In this document: piece by piece, positions 27,801 to 38,603 of the stretch
Numbering within the stretch: the first letter of the stretch is position 1
Layout: every line of letters begins with the position of its first letter
DNA from: Candidatus Dormiibacterota bacterium
GTDB taxonomy: Bacteria > Chloroflexota > Dormibacteria > Aeolococcales > Aeolococcaceae
NCBI GenBank assembly: GCA_963756075.1
Contig: CAVWMH010000002.1
Span: 327,422 to 391,421 of the forward strand
Length of the DNA: 64,000 nt
Direction: 5' to 3'
Made by a program: the position numbers and the translations under genes
The notes under the pieces: generated by a model
Databases searched by the model: none
Told to the model about the DNA's origin: nothing
The model's input: only the letters and a program-made list of their open reading frames with translations

Positions 27801-29712
27801 GGATGTCGACCGGCTCGATGTTCTCGGCGAGGGTCATGCCGGTCACGGTGGCGAAGAAGTACACCTCGGCTTCGAGCGTCCGGGCGATGTTCGCCGCATC
27901 GCGGAATCCGTGCTGCTCGCCCGGATATCCGATGTAGGCACAGGGGACTCCCGCGTTCTTGAGGGCCGCGAACATCATCTCCGCCTGGTTGCGCGGGACG
28001 ACCGGGTCGTCGAGCCCCTGGAGCAGCAGGACTGCACCCCGCACCTGATCGATGAAGTGCACCGGCGAACGGTCGTACATGCCCCGGCCCTTGGGCAGCG
28101 GCGAGTCGTAGCGCAACTCGAACTTGTGTCCTGCCTGTGCGAACAGCGCTTCGAGGTCAGCGATGCCGAAGAGGCTCGCGCCCGCCTGGAAGACGTCATG
28201 GAAGGTCATCGCGCAGAGCACGACGTATCCGCCGGCGCTCCCGCCGTGGATGAAGAGACGGCTGGGGTCGACAGCGCCGGTGTCGACCAGATGCCGTGCG
28301 CCCGCCAGGCAATCGCCGACATCGACCACGCCCCACTGCTCGTTGAGACGATCGCGGTAGGGGCGCCCGTATCCGGTGCTGCCACCGTAGTCGACGTCGA
28401 GGTATGCGAATCCGCGGCTGGTCCAGAACTGCACCGAAGGATCCAGCGCGAAGCCGGTTGACGACGTCGGCCCACCATGCGCGCGAAGCAGCAACGGCGG
28501 CTTGCGCCCGGGGTCCGGCACGACGCTGTCATTTCGCGGTGCGTAGTACCAGGCATGCGACATCTCGCCGCCATACCCCGGAAATGTCAGATGGTGCGGT
28601 CTCGAGATCACCAACTCGTCGATCGCCGTCTCGCCGCTTTCCGAGCGGACGGTGCGGTGCGCTCCGGTCGCGAGGTTGAAGCGCACGACAGCGTGCGGGG
28701 TATCCGGGGAGCCGGCATCAAAGAGGACGTCGTCGCCACTCGCGCTGACGTACAGCGCGAAGTCGGTAAACGGAACATCCAGACGCGCAAGCTCGCCCGA
28801 AGCGTCGAGTGTGAAGAGGTCCCAGCCGCCGTCGCTGCGAGCCCACAGCACGATCCGCCCGTCGCCCGTGAACGCATACGTGGACAACCCGAACACCCAT
28901 TGCGGGGCGCCACATTCGGCCCGCATCGGCGCGAGCGCCTCGACCGTCACACCGTCCCACCGGTAAAGGTTCCACCACCCCGTCCTGTCGGACGTGAAGT
29001 GCACGACGGACTCCGGAGACCAGGACGGCTGGAAGATGGACTCTCCGGCGCCGCCGGCAATCAGCCGTGCATCGCGAGGAGTCCCGGAGTCATCGAGGCG
29101 GGCGACCCAGAGCTCGCAACCGTCCCACGGCATGTTCGGCTGGTTCCAGGTGAGCCAGAGCAGGCTGGTTCCGTCGGGACTGACTCGCGGCGTCGAGTAG
29201 AAGTCGTTGCCGGACACCAGCGAAATGGGCTCACCGCCGTCAAGCGCGACCGCCCGAAGATCGTTCACGACCGACGCGCCCCGATGATCCTCGACGATGC
29301 AGACCAGCCGGTCTCGCAGCGCGTCGACGTCGAAATCCGCGTAGCGAAGACCGGCATCGGCAGGGGTCAGCGGCTCCGGTATGGCGCCTGGTACGAGCGT
29401 GTGCACTCGCCCGTCGTCTGCGTTGGAGAAATACACCGTGCCGCGGTGCGCGAGCATCGCGCCTCCTCCGTACTCGTGCACCCTGGTGCGCGCGGAGTAC
29501 GGCATCTCGATCAGGTCGGTGATGACCAAGTCGTGCTCGCGCACGATGACGCAGCGGCCCCGCTCCAGCGGACGGCCCTCGATCCAATAGGCATCGCCGT
29601 CACTCAGTTGCACGTCGAGCAACCGCGTCCGGCCGGCTGCCGCGAGCTGCGCACTTATCGGAGATGGCCAGACGGACGTCGCTGTGTCGCTCTCCCTGCC
29701 ACGCAGGGTCAT
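27790..29712 (-). CDS. S9 family serine peptidase (prolyl oligopeptidase / acylaminoacyl-peptidase type) with N-terminal beta-propeller
   Basis: C-terminal alpha/beta-hydrolase domain with nucleophile motif 'IHGGSAGGY' and 'YPGEQHGF'. 640 aa. Confidence 0.9.
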   Translation of the reverse strand: MTLRGRESDTATSVWPSPISAQLAAAGRTRLLDVQLSDGDAYWIEGRPLERGRCVIVREHDLVITDLIEMPYSARTRVHEYGGGAMLAHRGTVYFSNADDGRVHTLVPGAIPEPLTPADAGLRYADFDVDALRDRLVCIVEDHRGASVVNDLRAVALDGGEPISLVSGNDFYSTPRVSPDGTSLLWLTWNQPNMPWDGCELWVARLDDSGTPRDARLIAGGAGESIFQPSWSPESVVHFTSDRTGWWNLYRWDGVTVEALAPMRAECGAPQWVFGLSTYAFTGDGRIVLWARSDGGWDLFTLDASGELARLDVPFTDFALYVSASGDDVLFDAGSPDTPHAVVRFNLATGAHRTVRSESGETAIDELVISRPHHLTFPGYGGEMSHAWYYAPRNDSVVPDPGRKPPLLLRAHGGPTSSTGFALDPSVQFWTSRGFAYLDVDYGGSTGYGRPYRDRLNEQWGVVDVGDCLAGARHLVDTGAVDPSRLFIHGGSAGGYVVLCAMTFHDVFQAGASLFGIADLEALFAQAGHKFELRYDSPLPKGRGMYDRSPVHFIDQVRGAVLLLQGLDDPVVPRNQAEMMFAALKNAGVPCAYIGYPGEQHGFRDAANIARTLEAEVYFFATVTGMTLAENIEPVDILNL

Positions 29713-30437
29713 GCCGTCGGCACGACCACGAACTGTTCAGCGAGGCGTCCGGCCTCCAGCCCGTTCGTCTTCGCGGTGGCCTCGAGCCAGCTGCGCACGC
29801 GCTGCTCCAGCGCGTCCCAGTCGGTGTACTGGCTGCGGTGACAGCGCAGCGCGGCGAGCTTGCGGTCCGCGGTGTCGGTGACGTCGACGACGCGCACGTC
29901 CTGGCTCGCCCCTGGCACCGCGCTCATCCAGACCTCAGCCACCGAGTAGGGTTCGAGCCCTTCGACCTCGAGCAGCTCGCGGTGCGCGAACGGGTTGCGG
30001 GCGTCCGGATACACCGCGCAGAGCGTCGCCTCGCCCGCCGCGAGATGATCCGGATGGCTGGCGAAGATGCGCGTGAAGTTGCGCACCGGCGATTGGGTGA
30101 TCACGCGTTGCGGCTGCTTCACGCGGATCACTCGCGAAATGTCTCGCCGCAGCTCGATGCTCGGGGTGAGCCGTCCATCCGGGTAGCCGAGGAACGTGAG
30201 GTCGGTGACCCCGACCTCGGCGGCGGCGGCGGTCTGTTCGATGCGCCGCAGCCCGGCCATCTGCTCGCGCGTGATGCTGCGGTCCGATCCGCCCGCATCT
30301 CCGTCGGTGATGATGCAGTAGGAGACCGTCACGCCCGCATCGGTCCATTTTGCGGTCGTCCCCGCATTGCCGAAGTCGCAGTCGTCGGGATGGGCGACGA
30401 CCACGAGGACACGTTCGATTCCGTCGATATCTGACAC
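29709..30437 (-). CDS. PIG-L/LmbE-family N-acetylglucosaminyl deacetylase (MshB/Mca-like family)
   Basis: 'VLVVVAHPDDCDFGNAGT' and 'HPDH' motifs. The stop forms an ATGA overlap with the S9 peptidase start. The start is uncertain: GTG at 30437 is chosen, GTG at 30512 is also possible. Confidence 0.78.
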   Translation of the reverse strand: MSDIDGIERVLVVVAHPDDCDFGNAGTTAKWTDAGVTVSYCIITDGDAGGSDRSITREQMAGLRRIEQTAAAAEVGVTDLTFLGYPDGRLTPSIELRRDISRVIRVKQPQRVITQSPVRNFTRIFASHPDHLAAGEATLCAVYPDARNPFAHRELLEVEGLEPYSVAEVWMSAVPGASQDVRVVDVTDTADRKLAALRCHRSQYTDWDALEQRVRSWLEATAKTNGLEAGRLAEQFVVVPTA

Positions 30438-30548
30438 GTCAAGGATGGTAGCCAAAGCGGACGCCGGAGCCCCGCCACCCCATGCGACACTCGGTGCATG
30501 CCTCTCGAGCACCCAACGCACTCGGACGGCGAGACGGCGGAACGCTGA

Positions 30549-31484
30549 GTGCTCGGGATCCCCGACCCACGGTCGGCGCTCAGCCTGCTTCGCCGTCCGG
30601 CTCCAGCTCGCCCGCTTCCGCTTCGCGATCCGACCCCGGACCCTGGGCTCTTCGGACCGGACTCGGTGACCTGGGTGGTGATGCGCGAGCCCCGGCTCCT
30701 GCTTGCCGCCGGCAGGGCGCTGCTCCTCCAGGCGGCGAATCCACTGGTGGCCCAGGGCGCGATCGAGCACAGCACCTACAAGTCGGACCCGTACGGCCGC
30801 CTGGAGCGCACGGTGCGATGGGTGACGATCGTCTGCTTTGGTACCGGTCAGGAGGCGGAGCGCGTCTCCGGGCGCGTGAACGCGCTGCACCGACCCGTCT
30901 CGGGCGCGCTGCCCGACGCCAACGCCACCGCGAGGGTTCCCGCAGGAACCCGCTACTCGGCCGGCGATCCTTCATTGCTCCGCTGGGTCCACGCGACCTT
31001 CGTCGACACCATGCTGGTGGCGCACGACGCGCTCGTCGGCGGTCTGAGCACGGCTGAGCGAGATCGATTCGTGCGCGAATGGGATGCCGTGGCGCGGCTG
31101 ATGGGGCTGTCCCGCAGTCAGGGCTGGCCGGATAGCGCAGCCTTGCGAAGGTACGTCGACAAGGAGGTGCGGCGCGGCCAGGCCCTTCCTGGCGCCGGCT
31201 CGCGGGAGGTCGCCGAAACGGTGCTGCACCCGCCGGTCAGGTCGCGCCTGATGCGCCCCGGTACGGACACGCTCGCGTTCATCGCCACCGGGCTGCTGCC
31301 GCCCGAGCTGCGTCGCGGTTATGGCCTCCCCTGGACGCCCGCCCACGTTGCCGCGTTCAGCGCACTGACACGCTCCATGCGCCTTTCAACTGCTGCGCTG
31401 CCGCGCCGCCTGCGGATCTCACCGGTGTACGACCTGGCGCTGGCTCGTTCGGAGGGACGCTGGCCCAACTCGCGCGCGGCTTGA
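30549..31484 (+). CDS. MpaB/DUF2236-family oxygenase-like protein
   Basis: 'GPDSVTWVVMREPRLLLAAGRALLLQAANPLVAQGAIEHS' matches the DUF2236 N-terminal signature. GTG start. Confidence 0.78.
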   Translation: MLGIPDPRSALSLLRRPAPARPLPLRDPTPDPGLFGPDSVTWVVMREPRLLLAAGRALLLQAANPLVAQGAIEHSTYKSDPYGRLERTVRWVTIVCFGTGQEAERVSGRVNALHRPVSGALPDANATARVPAGTRYSAGDPSLLRWVHATFVDTMLVAHDALVGGLSTAERDRFVREWDAVARLMGLSRSQGWPDSAALRRYVDKEVRRGQALPGAGSREVAETVLHPPVRSRLMRPGTDTLAFIATGLLPPELRRGYGLPWTPAHVAAFSALTRSMRLSTAALPRRLRISPVYDLALARSEGRWPNSRAA

Positions 31485-33331
31485 CCATGGCCAGCTCACG
31501 CCGGCGGATCACGACCCCGACCGCGCTGGTGATCCTGGGAACGGTGCTCCTCGCAGCCTGCGGCAACAGCTCGACGCCGGTCACCCACGTGACCAAGAGG
31601 TCGGCAACGTTCGCTGAGCAGCCGGGAGCGATCCCCAATTACATCTTCCCGCTCACGCCAGGCCAGTTCTACAGCGCCGCCAACGTGTTCCAGTTCCAAT
31701 ACCTGCTGTACCGGCCGCTCTACTCGTTCGGCACCAACGGGCAGGTGCAGCTCAACAACGGCCTGAGCCTCGCTGACCCGCCCGTCTATTCAAACGGGGG
31801 CAAATCCGTCACCGTCACCCTCAAGGGGTGGAATTGGTCCGACGGGCTCCCGGTCACCGCCCGCGACGTGCAGTTCTGGCAGAACCTCGTCGCCGCGAAC
31901 AAGGCCTACTGGCCGGCCTACGTGCCGGGCGAGTACCCGGACAACGTCCTGACCACGACGATCAGCGCGGCGAACCCGCTCCAGATCACGTTCAATCTCG
32001 ACCAGGCGTACGGCAGCTACTTCTTCACGTACAACGAGCTCAGCCAGATCACCCCGCTGCCCCAGCACGTCTGGGACAAGGAGTCGGCGGCCGGACCGGT
32101 CGGGAACTATGACCAGACGCCCGCCGGCGCCAAGGCGGTCTACGCGTTCCTCGATTCGCAGTCGCGGAGCGTTGGCACGTACGACGCCAACCCCCTGTGG
32201 CAGGTGGTGTCCGGGCCGTGGAGGCTGAAGTCCATGGACACCGCGGGGAACGTGAGGATGGTGCCGAACCCGCACTACGGCGGACCGGTCAAACCCACCC
32301 TGAAGGAGTTCGACGAGGTCCCGTTCAGCCAGGAAACCGTGGAGTTCAACCGGCTCAGATCGGCGAGCTCGGTCGCCCGCACCGCCGTGGACTTCGGCTA
32401 CCTTCCCGCCGACGAGGCTGCGCTGAAACGATCATTGAGCGGCGTCTACAACCTCGTTCCGTGGACGCCATGGTCGATCAACTACGTCGGGGTCAACTTC
32501 ACCAATCCCACCAGCGGGCCGATGTTCGGCCAGCTGTATTTCCGGCAGGCGATGCAGGACCTTGTGGATCAGCGCCGTCTCATCGACAGGGTCTTCCTCG
32601 GCTATGCGAATCCGACCTACGGACCGGTGCCGGTCGCGCCCGCGTCCCAATTCGTCGACGCCTATGAGCAAGGCAATCCATACCCCTACAACCCCACGGC
32701 GGCTCAGGCACTGCTCCAGGCCAACGGCTGGACTGTCAAATCGGGCGGCGTGAGCACCTGCGCGAAGCCGGGGACGGCAACGGGCGACTGCGGCGCCGGC
32801 GTCAAGCAGGGCCAACCGGCGTCGCTCGGCCTGCAATACGTCAGCGGCTCCCCAAGGGTCACCGCGGAGATGAACCAGCTGGCATCCGACTTCGCACTGG
32901 CCGGGATCCAGATCAAGCTGTCGCAGGCCTCGTACGACGCCGTCCTCGGCTCGGCGATTCCCTGCACGCCGGGTGCGGCATGCACCTGGGACCTGGCTTA
33001 CTGGGACACGCCCTGGATCTATTCGCCCGACTACTACCCGTCGGGCGATCAGCTCTGGGCCTGCACCGGCTCAGCGGCGAGTCCGGTCTACGCGGGCTCA
33101 AACGTGGGCGGTTACTGCGATCCGCAAGCGGAGGCGGACATCAGCGCCACCGAGTCCAGCGGCCTGATCCAGGCGATGGACACTTACCAGACCTACGTTG
33201 CCAAATCCCTCCCGGTCCTCTGGATTCCCGTTCCCGACTACGCCCTGGCGGAGATCAACAAGGCCCTGAAGGGAACCGGTCCCCTCGACCCGCTGCTGGT
33301 GATCTACCCCGAAAACTGGCGTTGGTCGTAG
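31481..33331 (+). CDS. ABC transporter substrate-binding lipoprotein, family 5 (peptide/nickel/opine type)
   Basis: Lipobox 'LLAACGNS' and an SBP_bac_5-type length and sequence. The TTG at 31481 overlaps the upstream stop; an alternative ATG lies at 31487. Confidence 0.9.
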   Translation: MTMASSRRRITTPTALVILGTVLLAACGNSSTPVTHVTKRSATFAEQPGAIPNYIFPLTPGQFYSAANVFQFQYLLYRPLYSFGTNGQVQLNNGLSLADPPVYSNGGKSVTVTLKGWNWSDGLPVTARDVQFWQNLVAANKAYWPAYVPGEYPDNVLTTTISAANPLQITFNLDQAYGSYFFTYNELSQITPLPQHVWDKESAAGPVGNYDQTPAGAKAVYAFLDSQSRSVGTYDANPLWQVVSGPWRLKSMDTAGNVRMVPNPHYGGPVKPTLKEFDEVPFSQETVEFNRLRSASSVARTAVDFGYLPADEAALKRSLSGVYNLVPWTPWSINYVGVNFTNPTSGPMFGQLYFRQAMQDLVDQRRLIDRVFLGYANPTYGPVPVAPASQFVDAYEQGNPYPYNPTAAQALLQANGWTVKSGGVSTCAKPGTATGDCGAGVKQGQPASLGLQYVSGSPRVTAEMNQLASDFALAGIQIKLSQASYDAVLGSAIPCTPGAACTWDLAYWDTPWIYSPDYYPSGDQLWACTGSAASPVYAGSNVGGYCDPQAEADISATESSGLIQAMDTYQTYVAKSLPVLWIPVPDYALAEINKALKGTGPLDPLLVIYPENWRWS

Positions 33332-33457
33332 GAAAAGATCACCCCTGAGGGGGAGGCACATTGCAGTGCAGGGCGAATATGATGCGCTCGTGCCAGCCCC
33401 CGTCCGGGCCTCTGGCGCGTTCATGGACGCCCGAGGAGCAGGGGCCACAAGGAGGTA

Positions 33458-35371
33458 TTGATGACTGTCGGAAACGTACTGGCTCGGGGCGTCGGAAAAT
33501 CGCCACGCGGCATTACAAAACGGATCGGCTTCGTCGGCGTCGCCGCCCTTACGGTGGTCGCCTGCGGCAGCACGAGCACCTCACCCACCGCCTCGGGCTC
33601 GGGGGCAGTCGACCTCTTCAACCCGACAAACTTCAACACGTCCAACGTGTCGTGGCTCGCCAAGAACGTGAATGCAGGCGGCACCCCCCAGATGGGTGGC
33701 ACCCTCAATATCGAGGGCAGCATCGACTTCTCCTCGGCGCTCGACCCCCAGGGTGAGTACGAGACGCAGGGGTACACCATCGAGCGCGCGTTCACCCGGC
33801 AGCTCCTCTCGTACCCACCTTCGAGCGATTTCCAGAAAGCAGTCACGCTCGTGCCGGATGCCGCAGCCGCGATGCCCACGGTCAGTTCCGACGGTCTGAC
33901 CTACACCTTCAAGCTGCGCAGCGGACTCATGTGGAACACCAGCCCGCCGCGCGCGGTCACCTCGCAGGACTTCGCCCGGGGCATCCTGCGAAACTGCGAC
34001 CCCACGCTGTATCCCAACGGCAACCCGGGGTACTACATCGCCACCATCGTCGGTTTCGGCAAGTTCTGCACGGCATTCGAGGGTCAGAGCCCAACCGAGA
34101 GCGCGGCCGCCCGCGCGGCCACGCTGAACAGCGCCCAGGTCTCCGGGATGCAGACGCCAGACCCGCAGACGATCGTCTTCACGCTGACCCAGCCGGCCAG
34201 CGACTTCGACAACATCACTCCCTGCCTTTCGCCTCCGCTGCGCCGGTCGAGTACAACAGCTACGTCCCGCTGACCCCCGGCAACAAGTCTGTACTCCGAC
34301 GGCCCCTACGCGATCACGACCTACAACGTCGGGCATGAGGTCGACCTGGACCGGAACCCCGAGTGGAGCCAGAGCGCGGATCCGATCCGGCACCAGTACG
34401 TGACTGCGATCCACGTCAAGCTCGATCTCGCCGGTTCGGCCGCTTCGACTGAAGTGCAGCAGGATATGGAAGCGGGCACCGCCGATCTCCCGCTCAATAC
34501 GGTTGTGCCGACCGAGGATATCAACGGTTTCGAGACCCCCACCTGGAACCCCGACTTCGGCACCTTCCCCGCTCCGGGCGGCACGAACAACTACATAGCC
34601 TTCAACGTACAGAGCCCCAACGCCGGTGGCGCGATGGGCAAAGTGGCCGTTCGTCGGGCGCTTGAGTATGCCGTTAACAAGATCGCCGCCAACAAGATCT
34701 ACGGTGGCGCGTCGATCAACCAGCCGCTGGACCAGGTCCTCGGGCCGGGTGCAGAGGGGTACGTCGCGTTCAACGACTACCCTGCGAATCACGACGTGGG
34801 CGATCCCGGCAAGTGCAAGTCGCTGTTGAAGGCGGCCGGTTACCCCAACGGTCTCACTCTGAAGGAGTACTACCGCAACAACGGTAACCACCCGGCGCTC
34901 TACCAGGAGATCCTCTCCGACTTCGGTAAGTGCGGCGTCACCGTGGTGGGCACCCCGATCGCCACCGGCTACTACGGCTCATCTGGCATCGGCGTCACGA
35001 CCCCCAACGACTTGAAGAAGGGCAACTGGGACCTCGCCGAAGCAGGATGGGGACCCGACTGGTTCGGTCCAACCAACGCCCGTTCCATCCTCCCCCCGCT
35101 CTTCCAGTGCTCCAGCTTCCCCGGCAGCAACTGGGGTGGCTACTGCGACCCGGCAACGGATGCCCTGATCACCAAGGCCCTGGCAGCGACGACGCTGGCA
35201 GCGTCGGCCGCATTCTGGCATCAGGCCGACCAGCAGATCATGGCTGACGCTGCGTTCATCCCCGTCCACTCGCAGCTCCTGGCACTCTTCCACTCCTCGC
35301 GAGTGCACAACGCAATCTACTTCCCCTTCGCCGAGCAATACGACGTCACTCAGCTCTGGCTCTCGTCGTAG
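33458..35371 (+). pseudogene. second family-5 ABC substrate-binding lipoprotein, interrupted by a compensating pair of frameshifts (~34215 and ~34292)
   Basis: Lipobox 'LTVVACGS'. The reading frame of 33458 is lost after 'DFDNI', continues for 25 codons in the frame of ORF 33931..34338 ('SLPFASAAPVEYNSYVPLTPGNK') and then returns to the original frame ('YSDGPYAITTYNVGHEVDLDRNPEW', ORF ..35371). Confidence 0.85.
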
Positions 35372-35395
35372 CCCCTAGGAGTTAATCCGGCTTAG

Positions 35396-35426
35396 GAGAT
35401 GCCCGCCGCCGTGCGGCGGGCATCTC
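35396..35426 (+). terminator. perfect 13-bp-stem hairpin (GAGATGCCCGCCG-CCGTG-CGGCGGGCATCTC): intercistronic terminator/attenuator
   Basis: Read directly. It starts 25 nt after the binding-protein stop (35371) and ends 24 nt before the ATPase gene start (35450). No U-tract follows. Confidence 0.5.
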
Positions 35427-35449
35427 TACTAAGTACCATCACCACACCG

Positions 35450-36539
35450 ATGAGCCTGCTGACCGTTGACGATCTCACCGTTTCGTTCCCTACTGCGGAC
35501 GGGGTGGTGCAGGCGGTCCGTGGTTTGTCATTCTCGGTCGAACTCCGGCAAAACGCTCGGGGTGGTCGGCGAGTCGGGGTCGGGCAAGAGCGTTAGCGCG
35601 CTCACCATGCTCGGGCTCAATCCTGGTGGCGACACCACCGGCTCTGCCAAGTTCGAAGGCAGAGAGCTGCTCACCATGAGCCAGGAAGAGCTGCGCAAGA
35701 TTCGTGGGGCCGAGATCGCGATGATCTTTCAGGACCCGCTCTCGAGCCTCCACCCACATTTCCGGGTCGGGTGGCAGATAGCGGAGGCGATTCGCGCCCA
35801 TGGTGATGCCAGCAAGGACGACGCGATGAACCAGGCCGTAGAGCTGCTGCGTCTGGTGAACATCCCCCAACCCGAGCGCCGGGTCCAGGCGTATCCGCAC
35901 GAGATGTCCGGCGGGATGCGCCAACGGGTGATGATCGCCATGGCGCTCGCTCTTAAGCCCAAGTTGCTGATAGCAGACGAGCCGACCACGGCGCTCGACG
36001 CCACCGTCCAGGCTCAGCTCATGGAACTGCTGATCCAGATGCAGCGCGAGGTCGGGATGGCGATGATCATCATCACCCACGACCTCGGTGTGATCGCGTC
36101 GATCGCTGACGAGGTGATGGTCATGTACGCGGGCCGCGCCGCGGAGAACGCGGACGCGCGCACCATCTTCTTCCAGCCGCATCACCCGTACACGCGAGGC
36201 CTGCTCGGGTCGGTTCCGTCCTCGACCGGGGTGGTCGGCAGCCGCTTGGTGCCCATCGTGGGCGCCCCTCCGAGCCTCATCAACGTGCCGAGCGGATGCG
36301 GGTTCCACCCGCGGTGCCCCTTCGCGATGGACATGTGCGTCCAGTCGCAGCCCGATCTCAACCTGATCCCCGCGGGCGCGGATCACACATCCGCGTGCTG
36401 GCTCCCCTCGGAGTTGACGGGCGTCGGCATCGCTACCGACACCGCCCGTCAACGCTATGCTGCCACGCACCGAACAGGACGGACGGCGAAGCTGCCTGGC
36501 GTTGTCGCGGCCACCTCCGAGTCGGTAGTCTATGCTTGA
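35450..36539 (+). pseudogene. oligopeptide/dipeptide ABC transporter ATP-binding protein (OppD/DppD-like), apparent frameshift near 35546
   Basis: The N-terminus '[31 protein letters not shown]' is in the frame of ORF 35399. The Walker A region '[15 protein letters not shown]' onward is in the frame of ORF 35466..36539. C-terminal oligopeptide-ABC '[14 protein letters not shown]' motif. Confidence 0.88.
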
Positions 36540-37626
36540 CGTCGTCCCCGCGCCCGCCCCCGCGTCCGACATGCTTGTCCGCGCCGAGGGAATCGTCAAA
36601 CACTTTCCCATCAAGGAAGGCATCTTCTTCAAGCGCCAGGTCGGGAGCGTCAAAGCCGTCGATGGTGTCAGTCTCGAGGTGCGCCGCGGGGAGACCCTCG
36701 GGCTCGTTGGCGAAACCGGCTGCGGAAAGTCGACGCTGGCGCGCTGCATCACGCGGCTCTTCCCGCTGACCGCCGGTCACCTGACGTTCGACGGAGCGGA
36801 TCTGAGCACGCTGTCGAGGTCACAGATGCGTCCCTACCGCCGCGGGATGCAGATGATCTTTCAGGACCCATACGGCTCGCTCAACTCGCGCCGGCGCGTC
36901 GGTTCGATCATCGGTGACCCCCTGGCGATTCACAAGATCGCCAAGGGCGAGGCGCGCAAGAAGATGGTCCAGGGGTTCATGGAGGTCGTGGGGCTCAATC
37001 CGGAGCACTACAACCGATTTCCGGCGGAGTTCTCGGGGGGCCAGCGCCAGCGTATCGGGGTTGCTCGAGCGCTCGCGCTGCGGCCGAAGCTCATCGTGGC
37101 CGACGAGCCGGTGTCAGCCCTAGATGTCTCGATCCAGGCCCAGATCATTAACCTGCTTGAAGATCTGCAAGGCGAGTTCGGGCTCACCTACATCTTCATC
37201 GCGCACAACCTTTCCGTGGTGCAACACGTCAGCGATCGCGTTGCCGTGATGTACCTAGGAAAGATTGTCGAGGTGGCGGAGTCGAAGGACCTGTACAGCA
37301 CGCCACGTCACCCGTACACGAACGCGTTGCTGTCGGCGTCGGTGGTGGCGGATCCCGACAAGGCGCGTTCGCGCGACCGGATCATCCTCACCGGCGATGT
37401 TCCGTCTCCGATCAACCCGCCGTCGGGGTGCCGCTTCCACACGCGTTGCCCGAAGGCGCAGGCGATCTGCTCCACCGAGGACCCGGAGTTGAAGAGTGGC
37501 GTCGGCGACGCGACGAGCCATCTGACGGCGTGCCACTTCCCGGTGGCCGACGGCGAAAAGCTCGCCAGTGGGAAGGCCACGATTCTGCATGCTGTTGAAG
37601 GATTTCTAGCGGAGGCATCGCCATGA
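36532..37626 (+). CDS. oligopeptide/dipeptide ABC transporter ATP-binding protein (OppF/DppF-like)
   Basis: Walker A 'GETGCGKST', signature 'FSGGQRQR', Walker B 'LIVADEP' and C-terminal 'CRFHTRCP'. Confidence 0.92.
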   Translation: MLDVVPAPAPASDMLVRAEGIVKHFPIKEGIFFKRQVGSVKAVDGVSLEVRRGETLGLVGETGCGKSTLARCITRLFPLTAGHLTFDGADLSTLSRSQMRPYRRGMQMIFQDPYGSLNSRRRVGSIIGDPLAIHKIAKGEARKKMVQGFMEVVGLNPEHYNRFPAEFSGGQRQRIGVARALALRPKLIVADEPVSALDVSIQAQIINLLEDLQGEFGLTYIFIAHNLSVVQHVSDRVAVMYLGKIVEVAESKDLYSTPRHPYTNALLSASVVADPDKARSRDRIILTGDVPSPINPPSGCRFHTRCPKAQAICSTEDPELKSGVGDATSHLTACHFPVADGEKLASGKATILHAVEGFLAEASP

Positions 37627-38603
37627 GCCTGTCAACGGTCGAAACCGCGCCCACCCCGATTTCCGCGGAGGAACCGGCGGCCAAGGCCATCGCGGGTCGG
37701 ACCCCGCTGCAACTGGTCTTCGCGCGGCTGCGCACCGACCGAGTGGCGATCAGCGCCGTCGTGGCCATCGTTCTCATAGCGGTGCTCGCCATCATTGCGC
37801 CGCTGATCTCGCATGCCCTCGGCCACTCGCCCACTGATGCCAACCTGATCACCGGCACCGATGCGAACGGTCAACCGCTGCCGCCGGGCGCCAATGGGTT
37901 CCCGCTCGGCACGGACAACCTCGGGCGCGACATCCTGGTGCGCATTGCATACGGGGCGCGGGTCTCGCTGGCAGTGGGGGTGCTGGCGACGGCCATTGCC
38001 ACGGTCGTTGGCGTGATCGTCGGCATGATCGCGGGGTACTTCGGCGGCTGGATCGACGCCGTCCTGGCTCGTTTCATGGACGTGGTGCTCTCGTTCCCGT
38101 ATGTGCTCTTCGCCATTGCCCTGGTATCGGTCGCCGGGCCCAGCCTTCCGCTGACCATCATCGTCATCGCGTTCTTTTCCTTCGCGGCCATCGGCAGGAT
38201 CGTGCGCGGCCAGGCGCTGTCGCAACGCGAGAAGGAGTACGTGGAGGCGGCGCAGTCGCTCGGCGCCGGCAATCTTCGCATCATGTTCATCGACATACTC
38301 CCCAATCTGGTGGCCCCGGTGATCGTGCTGGCCACGCTGCTGATCCCCGCTGCCATCGTCTTCGAGGCCACGCTCTCGTTTCTTGGACTCGGTGTGGTGC
38401 CACCGACACCGTCGTGGGGGAACATGCTGTCCGATGCGGAGAGCGCCGGATACCAGGCATGGTGGTTTTACATCTTCCCCATGCTCTTCCTGCTCCTGAC
38501 AACGCTGGCCTTCAACCTGCTCGGGGACGCGGTTCGTGATGCCCTCGATCCACGCACGGAGCGGATCTTCGCGATGCGGCGGAAGAAGGCAAAGGCTGCA
38601 TGA
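37623..38603 (+). CDS. ABC transporter permease (OppC/DppC-like)
   Basis: Multi-TM BPD_transp_1-type protein with an OppC-type N-terminal region. ATGA overlaps on both sides. Confidence 0.92.
   Translation: MSLSTVETAPTPISAEEPAAKAIAGRTPLQLVFARLRTDRVAISAVVAIVLIAVLAIIAPLISHALGHSPTDANLITGTDANGQPLPPGANGFPLGTDNLGRDILVRIAYGARVSLAVGVLATAIATVVGVIVGMIAGYFGGWIDAVLARFMDVVLSFPYVLFAIALVSVAGPSLPLTIIVIAFFSFAAIGRIVRGQALSQREKEYVEAAQSLGAGNLRIMFIDILPNLVAPVIVLATLLIPAAIVFEATLSFLGLGVVPPTPSWGNMLSDAESAGYQAWWFYIFPMLFLLLTTLAFNLLGDAVRDALDPRTERIFAMRRKKAKAA

Noticed and set aside
35399-35596. ORF 35399..35596 (65 aa) as an independent small gene.
   Set aside because: Its first 17 codons span the terminator-like hairpin. 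From Met18 onward it is simply the N-terminus of the frameshifted oppD-like ATPase ('[15 protein letters not shown]...').
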